Assembly: GCF_001194135.2 (NCBI RefSeq)
Contig: NC_068998.1
Coordinates: 33,573,102-33,637,101 of the forward strand
Direction of reading: 5' to 3'
Source of the DNA: Octopus bimaculoides
Taxonomy: Eukaryota
DNA length: 64,000 bases
Under the pieces are notes generated by a model, which was given only the letters and a program-made list of their open reading frames with translations, was not told the DNA's origin and made no database searches. The position numbers were made by a program, and so were the translations under genes. Shown here in pieces: positions 27,358 to 38,588 of the stretch; position 1 is the stretch's first letter; each line of letters starts with the position of its first letter.

Positions 27358-27751
27358 AGGTGCAGGAGTGGATGTGTGGTAAGTAGCTTGCTTACCAACC
27401 ACATGGTTCCGGGTTCATTCCCACTGCATAGCACCTTGGGCAAGTGTCTTCTACTATAGCCTTGGGCCGACCAAAGCCTTGTGAGTGGATTTGGTAGGCA
27501 GAAACTGAAAGACGCCCGTCGTATATATGTATGTATATATATATATATATATAAGTGTGTGTATATCTTTGCCTGACAACTGATGGTGGTGTGTTTACGT
27601 CCCCGTAACTTAGCGGTTTGGCAAAAGAGACCAATAGAATAAGTACTAGGCTTCCAAAGAATAAGTCCTGGGGTTGATTTGCTCGACTAAAGGTGGTGCT
27701 CCAGCATGGCCACAGTCAAATGACTGAAACAAGTAAAAGAATAAAAGAATA
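27358..27751 (+). mobile_element. tRNA-derived SINE, family A, full length
   Basis: AGGTGCAGGAGTGGATGTGTGG..GGTTCATTCCC head, central (TA)n/(TG)n spacer, and 3' TGACTGAAACAAGTAAAAGAATAAAAGAATA tail. Confidence 0.87.
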
Positions 27752-27769
27752 GTTCTGAGCCAACCAAAA

Positions 27770-28090
27770 CTTAGTAAGTGGATTTGGTAGACAGAAATTC
27801 AAAAAAGCTTATCATATGTGTGTGTGTGTGTGTATGTGTGCATGGAGGTATGTGCATGTATTTCTGTCTCCTTGCCTTGACCTCATTTGATAGTTGTAAA
27901 TGAATATCACCATCATACAAGCAGTATTCTTCATTTCCAATCTTTTGTGAAGAAACATGTCCAGCCATCAGAAAATATTACCTTGCCTGGATACAGGTAA
28001 AGGAAATCTGGTCAGATAAAATCCACCTCTACAACTTCTCTTTCTCATCTATGGAAGCATAGAAAAGTGGACATTAAAACAAGGATGACA
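27770..28090 (+). mobile_element. Degenerate SINE-like fragment with an RTE-type tail
   Basis: GTGGATTTGGTAGACAGAAA (family A internal motif), then a different body ending AGCATAGAAAAGTGGACATTAAAACAAGGATGA. Confidence 0.45.
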
Positions 28091-28239
28091 ACAAAAGCTA
28101 ATTTTATAAGAGGAAAGTGTGTGTAGTCCAGTGAACCATTTACATTATATTATTTACTGATGCTGTTTCTATTGGCACCTGAAATTCTAAGGCATTTGTA
28201 TAGTCTGACACTTAATCTATCATCGCATAACTTTACTAT

Positions 28240-28439
28240 CTTTTATTTCTTACTTGTTTCAGTCATTAGGCTACGGCCATGCCGGAGCACCATCTTGAAT
28301 TTTTAGCTGAATGAGTTAACTCCAGTGGGTTTTTTAAAGCCTAGTACTTATTCTATCCATCACTTTTGCTGAACTGCTCAGTTATGGGGATGTAACCACA
28401 CCAAGTGGTGGTGGAAGACAAACACAGACACACAGACAG

Positions 28440-28474
<35 letters not shown>

Positions 28475-28893
28475 TATTCCAATATGTGACCACATGTGCA
28501 TCATTGGCGATTTTCTTTCTCTGTCTTCCCTTCTTTGAACTTTTCCTACATTTCTGATGAAGAGCTCCGCTTGAAACGCGAAATTCTCTTTCTTTTCTTT
28601 CCTTTCCTGAGCATCCAATAACACTGTACTTATTCCACGTCCTCGTATTGTTGTTTTTTCGTGTTTTTGCATGTTTTTTCTTGCTTGTTCATGTTTGAAT
28701 TGACTATATATATATATATATATATATATACGATGGGCTTCTTTCTATTTCCTTCAACCAAATCCACTGATAAGGCTTTTACTGGCCAAAGGCTATAGTA
28801 AAATATGCTTACTCAAGCTGCCATGCAGTGGATCTTAAACCAGATCCTGTGGTTAGGAAGCAAACTTCTAACCACACAGTCACAACAGCACTT
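28240..28893 (-). mobile_element. SINE family A interrupted by a ~220-bp insertion in its microsatellite spacer
   Basis: 3' half at 28240-28480 and 5' half at 28707-28893, collinear with other family A copies. Confidence 0.75.
28485..28706 (+). mobile_element. Penelope pLTR-like fragment with a decayed minimal hammerhead motif
   Basis: ATTT-CTGATGA-A-GAGC-TCC-GCTT-GAAAC-GCG-AAAT at 28550-28584, inserted between (CA)n and (TA)n. Confidence 0.5.
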
Positions 28894-29544
28894 ATCTTTA
28901 TATTTGGACAATGATTTTTTTCAGATAAATCATGAGAGTAATTTATTATGTTGCATTTATTCATTTGTACTGAAAAGTTTTGAAGACATTTTAGCATTCT
29001 TTCTATTAACCCCATGAAGATGAAATGGAAAATCCTTTCAAAGTTAATGTAACTTACAATATCCAAGCTGTTGCATTGTAAGTAGTTGTTGTTTAGGTTG
29101 GCTGTATGATCAAACAAAGCAAGATTTGCAACTATTCCAACCATGGCCATCACATATTTTTCCAGACGTTATATCTTTAGGTCTACAGTAATCAATGTGT
29201 TATTCCAATTCGAGGCATACAAAAAAAGATTTGGCTATTATTTTTAGTTGGTCAAGCAAGCTTTTGTAGTTGCTCTTTTGCAACTTGATGCCAATCTAAC
29301 TATCAACCACTCATCTTTGCCATGAAATGGCAACTGGTATCTATTTAAACCTGTCCTTACCATACTATTGTGAGATCTGTATTTTGAACCTGGTAGTTAG
29401 TATTTTAGCTCTTAATATCACAAATGTTATATAATTTAAGAATAATGTTTTATGAAGATTCCATAAAGGCAATTTTTGTGGTTACTGAATTTGCTTAGTA
29501 CATGGTAGGTATTTTTAAGAAATGCTAAAGCAAAAATGATATAA

Positions 29545-29576
29545 TAATGTCAATGATGATGATAACAAGAATAATG

Positions 29577-29658
<82 letters not shown>

Positions 29659-29678
29659 CGATGATGATGATGATGATG

Positions 29679-29726
<48 letters not shown>
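29545..29726. repeat. Compound (AAT)n/(GAT)n microsatellite
   Basis: Direct reading. Gives the poly-I/M ORF 29547-29762. Confidence 0.97.
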
Positions 29727-30125
29727 GTAAACTACAATATATTTGTTCTAAGTGTGTTTTAGTCCACTACTATTACATTTCTGTGAAACAGATTGTGGTA
29801 GATATTGAAGACAATGCAATAAAGTAATTATTCTGAAATTGTATTCTGTCCTGTAGGAATATACAACTTGAATTCTTTTATTGATTCACTGTGAAATCTA
29901 CTCGACACTGCTTTTGATGTTACCAATGTATTTTCCCCTATCTTAACTTGATAAATAACTTGAATAACTAGACAAATTTCTGAATTAAAGGAATAATATG
30001 CAAGTGCATATATATACATATTGTGAGTGTATATGTGTGTGTGTATGCATGTATGTATATGTGTGTGTGCATACACACATGCATGTATGTACATAAAAAG
30101 ATAGATACACAGATAGATTAATGGA

Positions 30126-30167
<42 letters not shown>

Positions 30168-31459
30168 TGCATATATACACATGTGCAAATATATGTGTGT
30201 ATGTATACAAATCCAAAATTCTTTGTATATGTGTACATAATCGTATACATACAAGAAGCATATTTCTCATTTACTAAGCATTTGTATCCGTTCTTTATTT
30301 TGTGTGAGAGAGAGGAGAGGGGCGAAGAGAGGGGGAGAGAGAGGGAGGGAATAAATAATTCTGTATTTTGGCTTGATTTAGCTTGATTTAGTTTTATTTC
30401 ATTTTACCTCCCAATTCCCCCACTATCATAAAAATTCCAAATCCTATTTACTGTGGAAAGCTAACAAGATTTCATGTTGGCACTAGTCTACAGTAACACA
30501 TACTGTCACAGATACGAATAGAAATAACATTATCTACACATTTTATCTAAGATAAGGTTGTTCTTGCTGTTGCTGTTGGAACTGCTGCAGTTGTTTTGTT
30601 TGTTTTGTAGATTGTTTTTCAAAAGAATCTAAAGTTTTTATTCAGTAAATAATTTTATGCATGTAAGTATATTATCAAATTAGACAAATACTTGAAAATT
30701 TGTTCTTTATAACTTGAAAGAATAATTACAGTCCCATTATTTCTAGAAGTAGCATACCGTTGATTGAATGGGTACTATTTATGTTACTGAAAATCATCAT
30801 CGTTATTTCTGTTTTCATATTTGTTATTTCCCAGATGGCCTGTATTGGATGAGGTTTCTTCAAGCTGTATTGTGGCCAGATGTCTTTTCCAATATCAAAC
30901 CTTACTTGATTGTAATTAAGGAACTTTATTCCATTGGTCTTTGCATGGCAAGTTAAGGAATTCACTGTTTACGAGAGATAAACCAGCATTATCACTGTCT
31001 GAGTGCTGGCAATGCAAAGACAATGGAGAGAGTGCAATATATCATTCTCCATCTGATAAGATTCAGCCCTGCATGTTGCTGTATGCTCTATGATCTTCAG
31101 CAAGATGCAGACACTATATAATTGGAAAGAGGGATTTGTTGGTCAAGCTATGTCATTTAGCCAACTACCTACTTGTCACAGGATGGCTTAATCACTGATG
31201 ATCAGGTGTTACACTACAACAACAGACATAGGTCATTAAGAATGTCTCTTTGTGTTCTTTCAGCCCACTAGAAATAGTCATCAAACTTACCCCCAAATAA
31301 AACTGTACATTAGATAATGTAGTCTTACATATACCTAAAAAGAAGTTGAAACTGTCATGGCTGGAATGTCTTTGATCATATGCTGGCTCAGATTAGATTC
31401 ACCTGGAATTAAACAACAACTAACACTCCAGTCACATACATGTGTCTACAGATCCCCTG

Positions 31460-31509
<50 letters not shown>

Positions 31510-31512
<3 letters not shown>

Positions 31513-32400
31513 GGTGCGTTGAATAAACTGTTGTCTAAATTATGCAAAAATGAGAATAACACTGACATCTCATTTTCACAGGTATATTTACTAAAATTAC
31601 ATAAAAATATCTTGAAATACTAAAGAGTAAATCTATTCAATAAAATTGCCATTCGCTTCAACCACGGCCTCCAGACGACTTTGGAATCTCCTGCAACTCT
31701 TCTGGACAATCTCCCTGTTTAAGTTGGTGAATGCTGCCATAATCCTTGCCTTCAGTTCATCTTTGGTGTTAGAAGGAGTTTTGTTGGTCTCTCACTCAAC
31801 TGCACCCCACACATAATAATCAAGTGGGTTGCAGTCTGGGTAATTAGGTGGCCAGATGTTAGGGGTGGTGTGGTTGCAGAAATTGTCTAACAGCCATGAC
31901 TGAGTTCTCCTGCTTGTGTGGTATGGTGTAAAGTCCTGTTGCCAGACATAGGATCTTCCAGAAGTCACCCTCTTGACCCAGAGCAGCACCACCTTCTCCA
32001 GGCACTTGATGTAGGCCTCCGTATGAGTTTGAGGCCATGTGGGAAGATGAATGGAGGCTTAACGTCACCATCACTAGTGATCACTCCAAACACCATGATG
32101 TTGACTGGATGTTTGATTTTTATCACCCTCGGTACATGTCCTCAGATTGCACTGTCCTCACATTGACACTTAAATACTCTGAAATGTTCATACTCGAGCT
32201 TCCAGTGTGAATGCCAAGCAGTAGAGCATGTCATTACCAAATTTTTGGCTGAGTGAATTGTGTCATGGTGCTGTTTTTCTCACAGATGGTGCCCAACTGA
32301 CCCTACTATACTGTGTAGTCGACAAAATACAAAAATACAAACATTATGCATGCACAAAATTAAAAATATAAAATGGTTACAATTTATCCATTACACTCTG
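31510..32400 (-). mobile_element. Internally deleted Tc1/mariner-superfamily element, DD37D (maT) type
   Basis: TA at 31508-31509 and 32401-32402. Degenerate 21-bp TIRs CAGGGTGCGTTGAATAAACTG and CAGAGTGTAATGGATAAATTG (15/21 match). Transposase remnant on the minus strand. Confidence 0.85.
31634..32160 (-). pseudogene. C-terminal half of a DD37D transposase
   Basis: KHPVNIMVFGVITSDG..YVWQQD-[37 aa]-DYYVWGAVE..VEANGNFIE*. I counted 37 residues between QQD and NPLD. Confidence 0.85.
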
Positions 32401-32407
32401 TATATAT

Positions 32408-32439
<32 letters not shown>

Positions 32440-32750
32440 TCATCCAAACACTCAATAAATTCCTTTGGAACTCTTTCCCTATCTACATCGATGTTTAAAA
32501 TGGGCAAGAGGCAGTTAGGTATGGTGCTCAACTTAGAAATGTTTGTAAATTCATTATGTGAGTTGATGAAAATGAGTTATCCTTTCATTCTTTATATGAC
32601 TAAAATCTAAAAGAATGTAGATTAAAGTGAAAATATATTAAAAGGAATCTATTTAAAGCTTAACATTGGGACTTGAAGGTTGTGAGCTTTCATTTCAATG
32701 GGCCCAATGAAATAAATTTAGCAGTATGTAGCAACTATTCATGCACACAT

Positions 32751-32801
<51 letters not shown>

Positions 32802-33239
32802 CATGCTTTCATACATATACACATACATACATACATGCATACATACATACATACATACATACATACATACATACTTACGTACATACAAGTGCTGGGGCTG
32901 ATATACTCAATTAAACCCTTTAAGGTGGTGCCCCAGCATGGCCACAGACTAATGATTGAAACAATTAAAAGGTGAAAGGTATACATACATACTGACAGAC
33001 AACTTATTTTTTTAGATGGTCATGTGTTAACTCTAACGATACACAAGTCAATCTTGTTCTCACAATCTATGGGTCTATGTGTTTTTTATTCAAGGGTTGT
33101 TAAACCCAGTACACAGTATTATAAGATCAATTCAATCCTTTAGATCTTATTTTCTATTGAAAATTAAAAAAAAGTTTACACTCTGCCTTATAAAGTAAAG
33201 ATCAGCAATTCATTAGGTGTTCTAGCTTAGCCATTATCC

Positions 33240-33355
33240 AGGGTCGATTTTGCCTTTCATCCTTTCAGAGTCAATAAAATAAGTACCAGTTAAGCACTGG
33301 GGTCAATTCAGTCAACTTATCCCTTCCCCTGAAATTACTGGCCTTGTGCCAATGT
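33240..33355 (+). mobile_element. SINE family B, 3' half
   Basis: GGTCGATTTTGCCTTTCATCCTTTCAGAGTCAATAAAATAAGTACCAG..GGCCTTGTGCC. Confidence 0.62.
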
Positions 33356-33654
33356 GTAAAACCTTTATTTCAGGTTAGGTTTGTAATTGAAATATGCTTC
33401 TCCTCCCTATCTCATACACACTTCTTGAATTTTATTTCCATATGGCAAAGATTTAGTTTCCATCAGATGCAATTAAAATTTACACTAAGTGAATTCAGAC
33501 ATACCAGGAGCACTGTATTGTTTTGTTAAGCATGACAAAATCTAAACATTTTATGAGAAGATTTTTAGCGTAACTCTATGAAAAATATATAATTTTCTTA
33601 AATTTGTTTTACTTTTGTTTTTATCTATCCTGTTATTTACTGTTAAACCTTATT

Positions 33655-33704
<50 letters not shown>

Positions 33705-34358
33705 ATTCCCAATATTTTTTCTCTCCCTCTCAGTGCACATTCACACACATCCATGTACAATTCTGCTGTAATATATATCAAACTATTTTCTATAGCCAAT
33801 ACATGGTGAACGCCTGTAAGCTTAAAACTTGTAATTATTATTTANNNNNNNNNNNNNNNNNNNNNNNNNNNNNNNNNNNNNNNNNNNNNNNNNNNNNNNN
33901 NNNNNNNNNNNNNNNNNNNNNNNNNNNNNNNNNNNNNNNNNNNNNNNNNNNNNNNNNNNNNNNNNNNNNNNNNNNNNNNNNNNNNNNNNNNNNNNNNNNN
34001 NNNNNNNNNNNNNNNNNNNNNNNNNNNNNNNNNNNNNNNNNNNNNNNNNNNNNNNNNNNNNNNNNNNNNNNNNNNNNNNNNNNNNNNNNNNNNNNNNNNN
34101 NNNNNNNNNNNNNNNNNNNNNNNNNNNNNNNNNNNNNNNNNNNNNNNNNNNNNNNNNNNNNNNNNNNNNNNNNNNNNNNNNNNNNNNNNNNNNNNNNNNN
34201 NNNNNNNNNNNNNNNNNNNNNNNNNNNNNNNNNNNNNNNNNNNNNNNNNNNNNNNNNNNNNNNNNNNNNNNNNNNNNNNNNNNNNNNNNNNNNNNNNNNN
34301 NNNNNNNNNNNNNNNNNNNNNNNNNNNNNNNNNNNNNNNNNNNNNNNNNNNNNNNNNN

Positions 34359-34386
<28 letters not shown>

Positions 34387-34390
<4 letters not shown>

Positions 34391-35598
34391 GGTTGGACAA
34401 AATAATGGAAACACCTTAAAATTTCAAACAAATTTATTTTAATATAGGGTAGGACTGCCTTTGGCAGTAACTACATCTTGAATTCTATGAGGTATGGACT
34501 CATGCAATGTTTGAATTGTTTCCAAAGGAATTTTTGTCCATTCTTCAGCTAAAACAATTCTTGTTTTTTTTTAAATGCACCATAAATGTTCAATGATATT
34601 GAGATCTGGGGACTGTGGTGGCCAGATAAGATGTTCAATTTCATTATAATGTCCCTCATGCCATTCAGTAACAACTTTACCTTGTGAATTGGTGCATTAT
34701 CATCCTGAAAGATTGTGTTTCCCCCCGGAAACAGTTCCACAACCAGAGGATGAATTTGATCAGATAAAATGCTTAAATAGTCCTCACTATTAATTCTGCC
34801 ATGAAGGCAAACCATTGGGCTGGTGGATTTCTAAGATATAACCCCTCACCCAGATCATCACAGATCCTCCTCCATGTTTATCAGTTGGAAGAAGACAGTC
34901 TGGGTCAAATGCTTCTTTTGGCTGTCTCCACACGTATACTCAGCCAGAGGTCGGAAATCAGGTAAAGGATGACTCGTCCGAGAAAATAACCATTTCTTTA
35001 GGTTTTTTACTCCACTCTAAATGCTTTACAACTTTTGTTTTTGAAAGTAGTGTTTTTCTGATTGCAGTGGTCCCATGAAATCTGACTTTGTTCAGCTCCC
35101 TGCAAACAATCTTTGTGGAAACTGGGTTCTCGAGGTGGTCATTAAGCCTTGCAGTAATTTGGGGAGCTGTACTTTTGTGATCCTTTCTAACAATTTGCAT
35201 AAGAGTCCGACGGTCCCTATCTGAATGTTTTGGCTTTTTTCCGGAGTTTTGTTTCGACAAGGAGATTGTTCCCTCTTTCTCAAAGGTTGTCATTACTTTC
35301 GAGAGAGTACTTCTTGATACACCAAACATTTCGGCTGTTTTCATTATGCTAGTGCCTGCCATACGAGCACCAACAACTTGACCTCTTTGAAAGTCCAATA
35401 AATCTGTAATTTTAATGAATTTTAATTACCATTTGATGATATCTGAAAAGAAACAGCAATTTTACCATAACATATTAAGCAATACTAATAATAAATCCAA
35501 AAAAACATAAAAATAAACAAGCTTTTGAGAGTTTTATAGATATTTCAAAATTATTACGCTATGATGCAAGATGTTTCCATTATTTTGTCCAACCCCTG
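34387..35598 (-). mobile_element. Near-complete Tc1-like DNA transposon (1212 bp), inferred DD36E spacing
   Basis: 31-bp TIRs at 34387-34417 and 35568-35598 with 2 mismatches. TA on both sides (34385-34386, 35599-35600). Transposase remnant occupies most of the element. Confidence 0.93.
34439..35410 (-). pseudogene. Disrupted Tc1-family transposase
   Basis: DFQRGQVVG..FGVSRST (HTH), VIFSDES, KHGGGSVMIW, IFQDDNAPIH, HLIWPPQSPDLNIIEHLW, and C-terminal TAKGSPTLY*. Contains stops, frameshifts and a short deletion after HLWCI. Confidence 0.92.
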
Positions 35599-37254
35599 TA
35601 TGTATATGTATATGTATGTTGTCATAGTGAATATATGAATTAATACATAATTAATATTTTCATGATAAAGTTAAAAACTATCAGTTATCAGACATTATAA
35701 GGCTAGTTCACTTCCACAAAGTCATAGTAGCTCATGTATTTGCAGGGAGTACAAATAGTTTCTTTTCATGTGCACTGGCTCTGTTCTTACAATGAGCACA
35801 ATTCTATTAAAGCATAGCTTTACAAAATTTCAGCAGGAACCTCTTAGATTTTTACAAAATTTCAGCAGGAAACAACAAATCAGTGAAGAGGTTTGGAAGA
35901 GACTCTGTTATTCTGATATTTAGAGAAAAATTGAGGGAGGTTTTGAGAAAAAGATGTGTTATGGAATAAATTGCTGTTTAAGGTATAGTAGAAAAGATAT
36001 ATGACGAAACAAATAAATAAAGATGCTACTCTGCTCAATGCAGGGCTGGTTTCCACTTCTAAAATGCACACAGGTACTTGTGGAAGTAGTAGCATTTTAT
36101 GGAAAACTCTGATAGTATTTAGATAATGGTCAGAATTGTTAATGTTATTCAAAATTTGCTTTTTCTCAGCTCTATATGAGTCATTCATATTAAACCCATT
36201 AACGTGTGGTTTACTCCTCTCTTGAATTTTCAACTATATATCAAAGTTACTATCTTAAAAAAAAAAGATGTAACTCAACAGTGTCACTGTATCTCTTTTT
36301 TAATTATGTCTGAATAATGATGGAGGATTGAAATAATACTATTCCTGTCATACTACTCTATTGTTGACACACATACACACTCTCTCATCTCTCTCTGATT
36401 ATCTATTTAAACACACACACATACATGCTTGTGTGTGTTTGTGAGTGTACTTGTGTGTGTTATGAGCCTCTCATAGTATGAAATAATATCAGAAATTTAG
36501 ATGTAATCGTTGACAATGACCTCATCATAAGTGCCAATATCAATAGTATAGTCAAATACTTGGACCATTAGGATGTTCCACTCTGTTGACACAGATGCCA
36601 TCGTTTTTCACATCTTTATCTTCCTGTAGTCTCATCTTGAAAAATGTTCCCCTCTATGGTCTTCGTATATCAATTGAAGTTAATTCTCCCCATAATGGTA
36701 TTCAATTACTTGACATGCTTTAATGACTGGGATAATCATCAGAACCCCTAATCTTTTCATCACTATAGTAAGTGTAGTGCTATGTCATTTGTATAGTGTG
36801 GAGTATATTTTATTCATTTTGCTCAAATGACATATCAAGTTTAAAAATCACACAATAGTGAACCATGTTATTTATCCCCTTTAAAAACCAAGTTCACACC
36901 ATATAAACCTGTTGTAAAACGAGTTTTTGTCTCATCTTGTCCTGGTATATTCAAAACTATTCTAACACAAGAACAAAAGAAAAAGAACAAAATTTTTATG
37001 TAACACTCAGATAGATTCACCCAACACATACAACATAAACCACCAAAAACAGGTTTATTCCAAGTATAGTAAATTTTTGTCTGAGCATAAATTAGGAAGC
37101 TAAAAGCCTATTAATGTACTGCAAATATTCAAAATATATAAACTAGGTGTTTTCACTTGGCAAAATTTATCCACACACACACTATATATATATACACACA
37201 CATGTATGTGCGTGTTTATATATATATGTGTTTTTCTCTCTCTGTCAACAACTT

Positions 37255-37950
37255 TCAATACCTCATCAGCATTCTTCTCTTACAATCCGGAACATGCAAA
37301 AGAGGCATCAACCACCACATCAAATCCACTCACTATGCTTTCAGAAGACTCAGCAAGTACGTATTCAATAACCATGGGCTCCCCCTCTGAACAAAACTCG
37401 TGGTGTTCCATGCCATTGTCATCTCCACTTTGCTCTTTGCCAGCAAGACATGGACCCTGTATTGGAAAGACCTGAAAAAGCTTGAGCATTTCCAACAAGC
37501 TGAGCTTTGGAAGATCCTCAACATTAAATGGCAGGACCGATGTACCAACAACAAAGTCCTCAGTCACTCAGAAATGCCAAATATTGAAGCTTCTATCCTC
37601 AAGCATTGCCTCAGGTGGTCGGGAAATATCATCTGAATGGCCCCTTCAAGATTCTTATGAATCATCTTCAGCAGTGTGCTCATCAACAGCAAATGACACT
37701 GAGGAGCTCCAAAACACGGATTCAAAGACTAACACCTAACACCTGAGAAACAGATACTGCCAACCATCAATCCTCATGAGAAGCAATTCATTTGCCTGTT
37801 CCACTTTTGAAGAGAAAGACTGAAGAAGACACAAAAAGAAAGCAACACAAAGCCTGGAAACTTCAACCAAGACCACCACCCATTCTACCACAGGATCAGT
37901 ACCTGAGACTGTTCCATTCCTGACTTGGCCTTCTGAGAGCCATGTCTGGT
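37255..37950 (+). mobile_element. RTE-clade LINE 3' coding remnant (BovB-like subtype)
   Basis: YLISILL..INHHIKSTHYAFRRLSKYVFNNHGL..TKLVVFHAIVISTLLFASKTWTLY..KILNIKWQDR..LRWSGNI. Differs from the 47.6-kb RTE family. Confidence 0.8.
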
Positions 37951-38007
37951 TTAAGCATTATAGAGGCACCAAGTGAACCAAACTTGGACACAAGTGATGC
38001 TGATGAC

Positions 38008-38082
<75 letters not shown>

Positions 38083-38446
38083 NNNNNNNNNNNNNNNNNN
38101 NNNNNNNNNNNNNNNNNNNNNNNNNNNNNNNNNNNNNNNNNNNNNNNNNNNNNNNNNNNNNNNNNNNNNNNNNNNNNNNNNNNNNNNNNNNNNNNNNNNN
38201 NNNNNNNNNNNNNNNNNNNNNNNNNNNNNNNNNCCTCCTCACCATCCTTCAGCCTCTGATATCTATCTTCTATTGTTGTGTTGGATGGTTTGAGTAGATC
38301 TTGTGAGCTGGAAAATTGTGTTATGCTCAAGAGTCTACTTTGGCATGGTTTCTATGGATGGATGTCCTCTTTCCTAATGCCAAACGTTTTACAAAGTGGA
38401 CTGGATGTTTCTGTCATGATACCAGCACTATTGAAATCACCAACTA

Positions 38447-38470
38447 AGAAGAAGAAGAAGAAGGAGAAGG

Positions 38471-38503
<33 letters not shown>

Positions 38504-38588
38504 AAAAGAAGAAGAGGAAGAGGAAGAAGAAGAAGAAGGAGAAGGAGAAGAAGAAGAAGAAGAAGAAGAAGAAGAAGAAGAAGAAGAT
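38447..38588. repeat. (AAG)n microsatellite with AGG/GAG variants
   Basis: Direct reading. Gives the poly-K, poly-F and poly-L ORFs. Confidence 0.97.

Noticed and set aside
28809-29153. 114-aa minus ORF with a GTAAGT donor at 29057-29052
   Set aside because: An in-frame stop lies just upstream, there is no good acceptor, and the ORF runs into a SINE.
30835-30956. Possible plus-strand exon after the strong acceptor TTATTTCCCAG (DGLYWMRFLQAVLWPDVF..)
   Set aside because: No convincing donor in the open frame, no recognisable protein, and no neighbouring exon to join.
35880-36233. 117-aa minus ORF
   Set aside because: No recognisable motif or good splice sites; this length is plausible by chance.
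36629-36770. Acceptor TTCCTGTAG and donor ATA/GTAAGT pair
   Set aside because: All three frames contain stops between the two sites.
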